Source of the DNA: Deferribacterales bacterium
GTDB lineage: Bacteria > Chrysiogenota > Deferribacteres > Deferribacterales > Geovibrionaceae
Length of the DNA stretch: 64,000 nt
Assembly: GCA_050253075.1 (NCBI GenBank)
Contig: JBFWJS010000002.1
Span: 576,001 to 640,000, forward strand
Direction of reading: 5' to 3'
Of this stretch, positions 41,898-50,843 are shown in pieces (positions within the stretch are counted from its first letter, which is position 1; each line of letters opens with the position of its first letter). The notes beneath the pieces are model-generated. The model searched no databases, had not been told where the DNA came from, and saw nothing but the letters and a program-made list of their open reading frames with translations. Position numbers and translations under genes: made by a program.

Positions 41898-42608
41898 ATG
41901 AGGTTTCGTATCCCGGATTTTCACATCAGCAGACAGCCTGATGAGACCACATGCGGTCCCACATGTCTGCACTCGGTCCTTCGCCACTACGGTGATGAAA
42001 CACCGCTCAGCGAAATCATACAGAGCATACCCGACCTCGAAGCAGGCGGTACGCTCTCTGTCATGCTTGCGAACTACGCACTTAAAAAAGGCTATTCTGC
42101 AACAACCTACACCTATAACCTGCAGGTCTTTGACCCGTCATGGTTTAAAGGCAATGTCGACATAGCGGACAAACTGCGCCAGCAGGCAAAGTTTAAGACC
42201 AAGGCAAAACTGAGGACAGCAACAGAGCACTATCTGAAATACCTCGAACTGGGAGGTAAGCTGCTCTTTGAGGATATGTCGCCCTATCTGCTGAGGAAGA
42301 TACTGACATCGGGCAAACCGATCATCTGCGGGCTTAGCTCCACATACCTGTATAACTCAAAGAGAGAGTACGGAGACAACTGTGACTATGACGACATACG
42401 CGGACTTCCCAGCGGACATTTTGTGGTAATATATGGCTATGACAGCAAGAGGCGAAAGGTCTATATAGCAGACCCTCTGCTGCCGAACCCGATAAATAAC
42501 AGCCAGCTGTACAGCGTATCTATGAGCCACCTTATATGTTCCATACTATTAGGCGTGCTCACGTATGATGCGAAGCTGCTTATCATAGAACCAAGTGGAG
42601 AGAGATGA
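41898..42608 (+). CDS. Papain-like peptidase, C39-like
   Basis: QPDETTCGPTCL (Q...C), SGHFVVIYGYD (H), IADP (D). Confidence 0.85.
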   Translation: MRFRIPDFHISRQPDETTCGPTCLHSVLRHYGDETPLSEIIQSIPDLEAGGTLSVMLANYALKKGYSATTYTYNLQVFDPSWFKGNVDIADKLRQQAKFKTKAKLRTATEHYLKYLELGGKLLFEDMSPYLLRKILTSGKPIICGLSSTYLYNSKREYGDNCDYDDIRGLPSGHFVVIYGYDSKRRKVYIADPLLPNPINNSQLYSVSMSHLICSILLGVLTYDAKLLIIEPSGER

Positions 42609-44071
42609 GAAAGATAATAATCGTAAACACCCCTGCCGAATGGGGGTTTGAGACACCCGATGTGGATGTCGTATCGGCTCTGGACTACCTGACGAAGCAG
42701 GAATGGCTGGATGCTAAAAAGCTGGAGATATTCAACCTTTGTAAATCTTACAGCTATCAGAGCTATGGATACTATGTGTCGCTTCTGGCTGAGGCGCGCG
42801 GTCATAAGGCTATGCCTTCTGTAAAGACCATACAGGACATGAAGTCCCGCACTATCATCAAGGCGCTTTCGGACGAAAACGACGCCATGCTGCAAAAGCT
42901 GCTCGGGCCGCTTGCATCCGAAGAGTTCACCCTCAGCGTATACTTCGGCAAAAACGTTGCGAAGAAATATGAAAAACTCGCAAATACTCTCTTCCGTATG
43001 TTCGATGCTCCGTTCCTTCAGGCGCACTTTGTAAAGACAAAGAAGAAATGGCTCCTGCAGAACGTCGAGCCTATCCCTGCGAGCAAGATACCCGAAGACC
43101 ACAGAGACATAGCTGTCGATGCGGCAAACGAGTATTTCAAAGCACAGAAGAGATATACGGGTAAGAAGAAAAACTACCTTTACGACCTCGCCATACTGGT
43201 GAATGACAACGAGGCGCATGCGCCGTCAGACACCAGAGCGCTGAATAAATTCATCCACGCTGCAAAGGATCTGGGCATAAACGCCGTCCTCCTGCAGAAG
43301 GATGACGCAGTGAAGATATCCCAGTTTGACGCTCTCTTCATCAGAGAGACCACAAACGTGAACCACCACACATACTCACTCGCACGTAAAGCCGAGGCAG
43401 AGGGGCTGGTGGTCATAGACGAGCCGACATCCATCATGAGATGCACAAACAAGGTGTATCTGGCGGAGCTGCTCAATGCAAAACACGTTCCCACGCCGAA
43501 GACCGTCATCATCCATAAAGGAAATGTGAACGAGATGCCGTGGGGGCTCGACCTGCCCGTAATACTGAAGCTGCCCGACAGCTCATTCTCTCAGGGTGTG
43601 ATAAAAGTGAAGACCATGGAAGACTGCAAGACAGCCGTGGCGAAGATGCTGGAAAAATCTGCCCTGATACTGGCGCAGGAATTCATGCCGACAGACTATG
43701 ACTGGCGTGTGGGCGTCATCGACGGAAAGCCTCTGTACGTATGCAAATACTACATGGCGACAAAGCACTGGCAGATCATCAAAACCGACGAAAAGGGCAA
43801 ACTGCACGAAGGAAACTTTGAGACTATGTCAGTGGCAGACGCACCGAAAGGTGTCATATCCACAGCGCTGAAAGCATGCAATGCCATAGGAAAGAGCCTG
43901 TACGGTGTGGATATAAAGCAGGTGGGCAAGAAGTTCTATGTGATAGAGGTGAACGACAACCCAAGCATAGACGGCGGTGTGGAGGATAAGGTGCTGAAAG
44001 ACGGACTGTACGACAGCATCATGAAAGTGTTCAGGGACAGACTGGACAAAACAATGCAGTGGAAGGGCTAG
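42605..44071 (+). CDS. RimK-family ATP-grasp ligase with N-terminal RLAN-type domain
   Basis: NLCKSYSYQSYGYYVSLLAEARGH, ALFIRETT, CTNK, LKLPDSSFSQGV, DWRVGV, YGVD, IEVNDNP. Confidence 0.9.
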   Translation: MRKIIIVNTPAEWGFETPDVDVVSALDYLTKQEWLDAKKLEIFNLCKSYSYQSYGYYVSLLAEARGHKAMPSVKTIQDMKSRTIIKALSDENDAMLQKLLGPLASEEFTLSVYFGKNVAKKYEKLANTLFRMFDAPFLQAHFVKTKKKWLLQNVEPIPASKIPEDHRDIAVDAANEYFKAQKRYTGKKKNYLYDLAILVNDNEAHAPSDTRALNKFIHAAKDLGINAVLLQKDDAVKISQFDALFIRETTNVNHHTYSLARKAEAEGLVVIDEPTSIMRCTNKVYLAELLNAKHVPTPKTVIIHKGNVNEMPWGLDLPVILKLPDSSFSQGVIKVKTMEDCKTAVAKMLEKSALILAQEFMPTDYDWRVGVIDGKPLYVCKYYMATKHWQIIKTDEKGKLHEGNFETMSVADAPKGVISTALKACNAIGKSLYGVDIKQVGKKFYVIEVNDNPSIDGGVEDKVLKDGLYDSIMKVFRDRLDKTMQWKG

Positions 44072-45271
44072 ATGGGAAGATACAACCTCTTTGAAGGTTA
44101 CGGTATAGAGATAGAATACATGATAGTAGACAGGGACACGCTGAAGGTGCGCCCTGTGGCAGATAAATTACTCGAAAAGCTGGCGGGCGAGCTCGTGAAC
44201 GAAGTGTTCATCGACGGCATAGGCTACTCCAACGAGCTGGTAAAGCACGTGATAGAGATAAAGACCGAAGGCCCGCAGAAATATAAAGATATGGCGGACA
44301 ACTTCAGCAATGCGGTGGACAGGATAAACGGCATACTGGCAGAGATGAACTGCATGATAATGCCGACAGCTATGCACCCGACGATGAATCCGCTGACAGA
44401 AACCGAGCTCTGGCAGGATGAAAACGCCGAGATATACGAAGCCTATGACAGGATATTCAACTGTAAGGGGCACGGATGGTCTAACCTGCAGAGTGTGCAT
44501 ATAAACATGCCGTTCAACGGCGACGACCAGTTTGAAAAGCTCCACGCAGCCATCAGGTGCGTACTGCCTATCATCCCCGCTCTCTGCGCCTCATCGCCTA
44601 TGGTGGAGGGCACTCAGACAGGGCTGGCGGACAACAGGCTGGACTTTTACCGTAATAATCAGCGCTCCGTACCTTTCGTAGCGGGGAATGTTATCCCCGA
44701 GAGGGTATTCAGCGAGGCTGAGTATAACGAAAAGATATTTGACGAGCTCGCAAAGGCGATAGCCCCCCACGACCCCGAAGAGATACTGGAGCCCATCTGG
44801 CTGAACAGCCGTGGTGCGATAGCACGCTTCGACAGGGGCGCAGTGGAGATACGCCTTGTCGACGTACAGGAATGTCCTCAGGCAGACATAGCAGTGGTGA
44901 AGCTGATATCCGAAACAGTGCGCCATCTCAGCCTGACAGGCGACCTCGAAAAGATGAAAAAGATAGACGAAGCCGAGATGTATACCATACTCCTCTCATG
45001 CATAAGAGAGGGCGAAAATGCACTCGTCAGCCATAAAGACCTGCTCGATATATACGGCATGCCGGAGGCAAAGGCCGTCGAGCTATGGCGTGCGATGTTT
45101 CTCCGTACGGGGATGGACGCAGACAAGCAGTATGCACCTGCCCTGCTGAACATCTTCTCCCACGGAACACTGAGCACCCGCATCAAAGAAGCGCTCATCA
45201 GCAGAAGCATAGAGGCAGTTTATGCCGAGCTGTGCGGATGCCTTAAGGAGAACGAGCTTTTCAATGGCTGA
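44072..45271 (+). CDS. Glutamate--cysteine ligase family 2 (GCS2) carboxylate-amine ligase
   Basis: GIEIEYMIVD, NELVKHVIE, HINMP, ASSP, EIRLVDVQE. Confidence 0.87.
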   Translation: MGRYNLFEGYGIEIEYMIVDRDTLKVRPVADKLLEKLAGELVNEVFIDGIGYSNELVKHVIEIKTEGPQKYKDMADNFSNAVDRINGILAEMNCMIMPTAMHPTMNPLTETELWQDENAEIYEAYDRIFNCKGHGWSNLQSVHINMPFNGDDQFEKLHAAIRCVLPIIPALCASSPMVEGTQTGLADNRLDFYRNNQRSVPFVAGNVIPERVFSEAEYNEKIFDELAKAIAPHDPEEILEPIWLNSRGAIARFDRGAVEIRLVDVQECPQADIAVVKLISETVRHLSLTGDLEKMKKIDEAEMYTILLSCIREGENALVSHKDLLDIYGMPEAKAVELWRAMFLRTGMDADKQYAPALLNIFSHGTLSTRIKEALISRSIEAVYAELCGCLKENELFNG

Positions 45272-45914
45272 TATTATAATAACTTGCGAGCATTCCTCCC
45301 CGCACATTCCAAATATGTACCGTGGCAAGATGCTCATACCGAACAACATTGACGAACACAGAGTATATGATAAAGGTGCTTTTGAAGCAGCAGAGAACTT
45401 TGCCTGTATAAAAGGGGGGAGCGTCATAGACTTCCCCTGTTCCAGGCTTTTGATAGACGCCAACAGGAGCATAACAAACAGCTCACTCTTTTCAAAGTAT
45501 TCCGCAGGGCTCCCGTCCGTGGACAGATACACCCTGATAGAGGAGATATACATCCCCTTCCGCATGAAGACGGTGAAGGCGGTGGAAAAGAGCGCAAAGG
45601 CCATTCACCTGTCATTTCACAGCTATACCCCCGTGCTGAACGGTAAAGTGCGCAACTATGACGCAGGGATACTCTACGACCCGTCCAGAGGCGAAGAGGC
45701 GGAGCTGGCCGGAAACCTTATAAAGCACATGAACTCACACGGGATAAGAACCGTCGCAAACAGACCGTACAAAGGGACTGCCGACGGGCACACCACTGCT
45801 CTGCGGAAAGAATTCCCCGCCGATAGATACATCGGCATAGAGATCGAGCTCTCGCAGAAATTCAGTGTGAAGGAAATGATAGGTATTTCCACCGAAATCG
45901 CTTCATTTTTCTAA
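45264..45914 (+). CDS. N-formylglutamate amidohydrolase family protein
   Basis: Start corrected to ATG 45264; TCEH, SRLLIDANRS, HLSFHSYTP, NRPY, IEIE. Confidence 0.87.
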   Translation: MADIIITCEHSSPHIPNMYRGKMLIPNNIDEHRVYDKGAFEAAENFACIKGGSVIDFPCSRLLIDANRSITNSSLFSKYSAGLPSVDRYTLIEEIYIPFRMKTVKAVEKSAKAIHLSFHSYTPVLNGKVRNYDAGILYDPSRGEEAELAGNLIKHMNSHGIRTVANRPYKGTADGHTTALRKEFPADRYIGIEIELSQKFSVKEMIGISTEIASFF

Positions 45915-45971
45915 CCCATTATTGCAACATCTCTCTATGTAGTTTAAACTTTTAGCACAAGAGAGGAGTTT

Positions 45972-46391
45972 ATGAAGTCATACCGTAAAGAACTGTGGTT
46001 TAACACCACACAAAGGATGGAGTTCATCAACATCACCCATGATGTGGAGCAGTGCATCAGAGAGAGCGGGATAAAAGAGGGGCTTTGCCTCGTGAACGCC
46101 ATGCACATCACTGCATCCGTCTTTATAAACGACAACGAGTCAGGACTGCATCAGGACTATAAAGACTGGCTGGAGGAACTGGCTCCCCACGAGCCCCTTT
46201 CCAGATACCGCCACAACCGCACAGGGGAAGACAACGGCGACGCACACCACAAACGCCAGATAATGGGGCGTGAGGTGACTGTTGCCATCACGGACGGACG
46301 TCTTGATTTCGGCCCGTGGGAGTGTATATTCTACGGAGAGTTTGACGGCAGACGCAGAAAGCGTGTGCTGGTAAAGATAATCGGCGAGTAG
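45972..46391 (+). CDS. YjbQ/UPF0047 family protein
   Basis: HITAS, YRHN, NGDAH, LDFGPW, EFDG. Confidence 0.92.
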   Translation: MKSYRKELWFNTTQRMEFINITHDVEQCIRESGIKEGLCLVNAMHITASVFINDNESGLHQDYKDWLEELAPHEPLSRYRHNRTGEDNGDAHHKRQIMGREVTVAITDGRLDFGPWECIFYGEFDGRRRKRVLVKIIGE

Positions 46392-46413
46392 ATCTGCACC
46401 TTACTGCTCGTAA

Positions 46414-46477
46414 GTCATTCTGAGCTTCTGCGAAGGGTCTGTTCTTTCAGATCCGGCTATGAATTCCTCAGAAAGAC
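46414..46477. repeat. Degenerate palindromic intergenic repeat
   Basis: GTCATTCTGAG...CGAAGGGTCTG...CAGATCC...CTCAGAAAGAC. Confidence 0.7.
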
Positions 46478-46506
46478 TATTAAAACATAAATGGAGAACA
46501 TAAAGC

Positions 46507-47361
46507 GTGATTTTACACATTTCACATAACGACCTCGACGGGGTGACCTGCGGGGCAATGACGAAGCGCTTTCTGAAAGATGTGGACAACCTCTTCTGCA
46601 ATTACGGAGAGATAGACCCCATCCTGGCGGAAGTGTCTCTGAAAAAATACGACCAGATACTGATAACAGACATGTCACCGGGCAAGCGCGGCCTGCAGGA
46701 GATAATGGGCGAGATAGAGGTTACGCTCATCGACCACCACGAGACATCAAAGTGGCTGACAGAGATGATCCCCGCCGTACACGACATCACAAAATGCGCA
46801 ACACTCCTTACATGGGAGTGGCTGCGTGATCAGGGGCTCGACGTTTCCGAATATAAAGAGCTCGCCGAATGCGTGAACGACTACGACATGTGGCACCTGA
46901 AGCGTACAGACAGCCTTCAGATGAACATGCTCTTTATGAAGCTGGGCGTGGACAGATACCTTGAGCGTTTTTCAAAACGCCCGTATCAGGGCTTCACCGA
47001 TGACGAAAAGCTGATAGTAGAGCTCGAGACAGAGCGCAGGGATAAATATATCTATGCCGCTTCTAAAACTGTCGAGGTTTTCAAAGACCCTGACGGACTC
47101 GAGGTTCACGTTGTCTTCGCAGAGGAATATAACTCTGAGCTGGGCAACCATATAATACAGGAGCTCGGCGCAGACTATGTCGTGCTCGTAAACATGCAGA
47201 AGCGCAAGGTTTCGCTCCGCTCCAGAAAGGATGTGGACGTGCGCAGCATAGCCGAGATGAACGGCGGCGGCGGGCATAAGAACGCCTCGGGGTTTGCCAT
47301 GAGCTATGAGTTCAACACTGTAGAATTTTTAAGAGAAGCGGGGATACTGAATGAAAGCTGA
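46507..47361 (+). CDS. DHH/DHHA1 family phosphoesterase
   Basis: HNDLDG, IDHH, SLRS, GGGGHKNASG. Confidence 0.9.
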   Translation: MILHISHNDLDGVTCGAMTKRFLKDVDNLFCNYGEIDPILAEVSLKKYDQILITDMSPGKRGLQEIMGEIEVTLIDHHETSKWLTEMIPAVHDITKCATLLTWEWLRDQGLDVSEYKELAECVNDYDMWHLKRTDSLQMNMLFMKLGVDRYLERFSKRPYQGFTDDEKLIVELETERRDKYIYAASKTVEVFKDPDGLEVHVVFAEEYNSELGNHIIQELGADYVVLVNMQKRKVSLRSRKDVDVRSIAEMNGGGGHKNASGFAMSYEFNTVEFLREAGILNES

Positions 47362-47923
47362 GTTTATAACATCTGCGAAAGAGCCTAAGGGCTATCCGCC
47401 GACAGAGTACCCCGAGATAGCTTTTGCAGGGCGAAGCAACGTGGGTAAATCTAGTATGATAAACACCCTTCTGGGCACTAAAAAGCTGGTAAAAGTGGGT
47501 AAAACACCCGGTAAGACAAGGCTCGTGAACTTCTTCCTCGTGAATGACGAGGTCATGCTTGTCGACCTCCCCGGATACGGCTTTGCGAAGGTTTCCAAAG
47601 AGGAGAAGAAGCAGTGGGGAGAGACCATAGAGAACTACTTCACCGAGCGGGAGCAGCTCACCGCATGCGTGCTCATCCTCGACATACGCAGAGACCCGAA
47701 CGAAGACGACCTCGGCATGCTCTACTGGCTGCAGCATTATAACGTAACGGCTCTGATAGCCCTGACAAAGTGCGACAAGCTGTCGAACAATCAGCAGGCA
47801 TCAAGACTGGCGAAGATAAGCAAACAGCTGAATATCTCGAAAGAGAACTTCATACTGTTTTCATCGCTGACACGCAAAGGGAAAGAGGATGTCTGGGATA
47901 AGATCGAAGAACTCACGCATTAA
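47351..47923 (+). CDS. engB: Ribosome biogenesis GTPase YihA/EngB
   Basis: GRSNVGKSS, TPGKT, DLPGYG, TKCDK. Confidence 0.96.
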   Translation: MKAEFITSAKEPKGYPPTEYPEIAFAGRSNVGKSSMINTLLGTKKLVKVGKTPGKTRLVNFFLVNDEVMLVDLPGYGFAKVSKEEKKQWGETIENYFTEREQLTACVLILDIRRDPNEDDLGMLYWLQHYNVTALIALTKCDKLSNNQQASRLAKISKQLNISKENFILFSSLTRKGKEDVWDKIEELTH

Positions 47924-48455
47924 GCTGCTCATCTCCTTTCTGGCGATGGCTTGCTTCTTCGTATATGCGAATGTTTCCGCAGGACCGAAGAACCATCAGG
48001 CAGAGGTCGCCATACTGGCAGACAGCAGCCTCACTGCGGAGCTCGTGAGTGATATAAATAAAGCTCAGAAGAGCGTTTACATAGCGATATACATGTTTAA
48101 AAGCTACGCAAGCACAACATCCGGCGCAGGGATGATAGTCGATGCGCTGAAAAAGGCCGCAGACAGAGGGCTGGATGTTTACGTGGCTTTCGAGTCGTCC
48201 GACGACGGCGACTTTGTTGAAAAAGAGAATAAAAACACGGGGAAACAGCTCGCAGAAAGGGGCGTCACCGTGGTTTACGACTCGCCCGACAACAGGATGC
48301 ACTCCAAATGCGCCGTGATAGATGAACATATATCATACGTGGGCAGTCATAACTATACAAACAGTGCGCTGAAGCACAACAGAGAGATAACCGCCCGCAT
48401 AGTCTCCGCAGAGACCGCAGCGAAAGTGCTCAGCCACATAAGATCAGTGAAATAA
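47889..48455 (+). CDS. Phospholipase D-like (single HKD) membrane-anchored or secreted protein
   Basis: HSKCAVID...GSHNYT...NRE; N-terminal hydrophobic segment. Confidence 0.85.
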   Translation: MSGIRSKNSRIKLLISFLAMACFFVYANVSAGPKNHQAEVAILADSSLTAELVSDINKAQKSVYIAIYMFKSYASTTSGAGMIVDALKKAADRGLDVYVAFESSDDGDFVEKENKNTGKQLAERGVTVVYDSPDNRMHSKCAVIDEHISYVGSHNYTNSALKHNREITARIVSAETAAKVLSHIRSVK

Positions 48456-48466
48456 CGGAGGCAGAC

Positions 48467-48709
48467 ATGAAGAAGACAGTGTTCATAATACTGGCTACTG
48501 TATTGGCGGCGGGCGCATATGCGGCACAGAGCGGCAGCGATATCTTTTACTCGAAGTGTACCTCATGCCACGGGTCTGCTCTATCATTAAATAAAAAGAA
48601 ATCCACGCAGCAGTGGGAAGATACCGTCCGCAGGATGACAAAGCACGGACTGAGCATCTCATCCTCTGAGACAAAAGCTGTGGCGGAATTCCTTAGCGGA
48701 GGAAAATAA
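48467..48709 (+). CDS. Small monoheme c-type cytochrome
   Basis: Sec signal (AYA), CTSCH, distal Met candidate (VRRM). Confidence 0.85.
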   Translation: MKKTVFIILATVLAAGAYAAQSGSDIFYSKCTSCHGSALSLNKKKSTQQWEDTVRRMTKHGLSISSSETKAVAEFLSGGK

Positions 48710-48710
48710 T

Positions 48711-49238
48711 ATGAGATTCAAAGAACTAGAGCCCGGCAAGCTGACAGGAAACACCTTTAAGATGATCGGCGAGCAGTGGATGCTCGTTACGGCAGGCGAA
48801 AAGGATAACTTCAACACTATGACAGCCAGCTGGGGCGGTCTCGGTGTTATGTGGAATAAAAATGTTTCGTACGTTGTGGTACGTCCGACCAGATACACAT
48901 ACGAATTCATGGAAAAATACGATCACTATACGCTCTCTTTTCTCGATGACGAATACAGAGACGCTCTGACTCTCTGCGGTACAAAATCAGGCAGAGACAT
49001 GGACAAGGTAAAGAAAGCAGGGCTGACACCCGTTTTCGACGGGAAAGGCATCTATTTCGAACAGGCAAAGATCGCTATGGTTTGTAAGAAGCTCTACTGG
49101 CAGGACCTCGAGCCGAACAACTTCTTAGACGAAGCCATCATGACCCACTATAAGACAGATGATTATCACAGACTCTATATCGGCGAAATAGTTGATATGT
49201 ATGAGCAGATGATCATAAACCCGCTAGACCTGCAATAG
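48711..49238 (+). CDS. Flavin reductase-like FMN-binding protein
   Basis: NTMTASWGG, RPTRYT, CGTKSGRD, HRLYIGEI. Confidence 0.88.
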   Translation: MRFKELEPGKLTGNTFKMIGEQWMLVTAGEKDNFNTMTASWGGLGVMWNKNVSYVVVRPTRYTYEFMEKYDHYTLSFLDDEYRDALTLCGTKSGRDMDKVKKAGLTPVFDGKGIYFEQAKIAMVCKKLYWQDLEPNNFLDEAIMTHYKTDDYHRLYIGEIVDMYEQMIINPLDLQ

Positions 49239-50568
49239 CCGGCGATTCGTCCGAACAGTTCGGGCAGACCCAGTCTACTGCGTTGCGGGCTTCTCTCTTG
49301 ATGCCCGTGCGGAATTCAAATATATCGTCAACGGCCTGCAGGTTTGATTCTTTCAGCCTGCGGGTCATTACGGATTTCAGCATATACTTCCTGTCATTCA
49401 GCTTTTTAAAAGATTCGGGGTTATTCGCCGTAACGCGGAAAGCCGCTTTATACGTCTTCCCTTTTGTCTCCACGGCTATGGGGGCGATTATTATAAACGG
49501 ATAATTCGGCGCATCCTTCCTTATCACTGTGGATTTCGCCGTCATTGTAAAGTCCTTCCTCTCCGGCGCTGTGACGGGTGGCTCTATATTCAGGGATTCG
49601 TCTATCTCACGCAGGCGTGCCACATACTTTTCAGCATCTGGCGAATGCGGATTTTCCTTTATCTTCTCAATTAGCCGTTCCTTTTCGGTCAGCCTTTTAT
49701 CTATCTTTTTCTCTGTCTGTCCTTCGGGCTTCTTATCCACCATGAAGACGAATTCGCCGTCGTATCCACGCAGTTTGCCGTACATAGGCGTCTGTGTGCC
49801 TGCGGAATAATGCGTTACCGAGTCTCTCAGATATTCCCCCAGCTCCGACCCTGTAATAACGGAATTGCCGTCTGTGTCGGCATCCCCTGCTATCCCTCCG
49901 ATGAATCTCTCACGAAATATCGATACGTCGGGCACCATCTCGTCCTCTGAGCCTGAAGAGATGAACTGCCTCACGGGTTTCTGAAGGAGCTCCAACATCA
50001 GCTCGGGGACAGAGCGCATAGAGGAAAAAACCGTCCCTGAAAAGCAGGAATCGAATACAAACAGCACAGACCTCTGGCGCAGGTCTTCGGCACGTTCGGA
50101 AAAATACGTCATGGGGATGCTCCCCTCTTTGAACCCGCCCACATCCTTAGACGGCAGTTTCGCATCTTTCAGGACGATGTAGCCCGTCTTTCCGCTTGCT
50201 TCCGTCATGGTGTGTCCGTGCCCTGCGTAATATACGAGGAGACGTGCATTTTTAATGTTCTTATATTTATTAAGGAATTGTTCCAGTTTATTTTTGAAGC
50301 CTGTTTTGGTGAGGTTGCTGTATTCATCTACGGTGAAGCCCGCACTTCTCAGAGATTCGCTGACTGCGTCGATGTCCATCCGCACACCGGGGAGATCAGG
50401 CCATCCGCCGCTGTAGTCATACACCCCTGCGACAAAAGCGGCACTTTCACTGTACAGCTCGTCGGCATTGATGTTCACTGCTGCTGCGGAGGATTTAATA
50501 GCACGTTCCTGTCCGTAAAGCGGCAGGCATGCCAGTGTGATGAGTGTGATTATTAAAAGGCGAAGCAT
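49213..50568 (-). CDS. Secreted caspase-family (peptidase C14) protein with C-terminal extension
   Basis: Signal peptide; YYAGHG (His) and FDSCFSG (Cys) dyad; ADTDGNSVITGSEL and QTP motifs. Confidence 0.88.
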   Translation of the reverse strand: MLRLLIITLITLACLPLYGQERAIKSSAAAVNINADELYSESAAFVAGVYDYSGGWPDLPGVRMDIDAVSESLRSAGFTVDEYSNLTKTGFKNKLEQFLNKYKNIKNARLLVYYAGHGHTMTEASGKTGYIVLKDAKLPSKDVGGFKEGSIPMTYFSERAEDLRQRSVLFVFDSCFSGTVFSSMRSVPELMLELLQKPVRQFISSGSEDEMVPDVSIFRERFIGGIAGDADTDGNSVITGSELGEYLRDSVTHYSAGTQTPMYGKLRGYDGEFVFMVDKKPEGQTEKKIDKRLTEKERLIEKIKENPHSPDAEKYVARLREIDESLNIEPPVTAPERKDFTMTAKSTVIRKDAPNYPFIIIAPIAVETKGKTYKAAFRVTANNPESFKKLNDRKYMLKSVMTRRLKESNLQAVDDIFEFRTGIKREARNAVDWVCPNCSDESPAIAGLAGL

Positions 50569-50840
50569 CAGCGCCCCAGGTACTGTCCGAGGTTATTAAA
50601 GAGGTTTATGGTGTATGCCATCATCTTATCCACCATCCACGGGGCGAATATCATAACGGCAACAACGACACCGATGATCTTCGGGATGAAGGTAAGGGTC
50701 ATCTCCTGAATCTGTGTGACAGACTGAAAGATACTGATGGTTAAGCCGATGATAAGCCCAACACCGAGCATGGGAGCGGCGATTATCAAAGACATCTGAA
50801 GCGCACTTACCAATAGGTCAATGACAAGGTCAGCATTCAT
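50568..50840 (-). CDS. fliQ: Flagellar export protein FliQ
   Basis: FQSVTQIQEMTLTFIPK. Confidence 0.96.
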   Translation of the reverse strand: MNADLVIDLLVSALQMSLIIAAPMLGVGLIIGLTISIFQSVTQIQEMTLTFIPKIIGVVVAVMIFAPWMVDKMMAYTINLFNNLGQYLGR

Positions 50841-50843
50841 ACA

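Noticed and set aside
42461..43219. 252 aa minus-strand ORF
   Set aside because: Antisense to the peptidase and RimK genes; no recognisable motif
46507..48455. DHH plus PLD genes as an anti-phage defence system
   Set aside because: Interleaved with housekeeping engB, the PLD has an export-type N-terminus, and no helicase, methylase or cyclase partner is present
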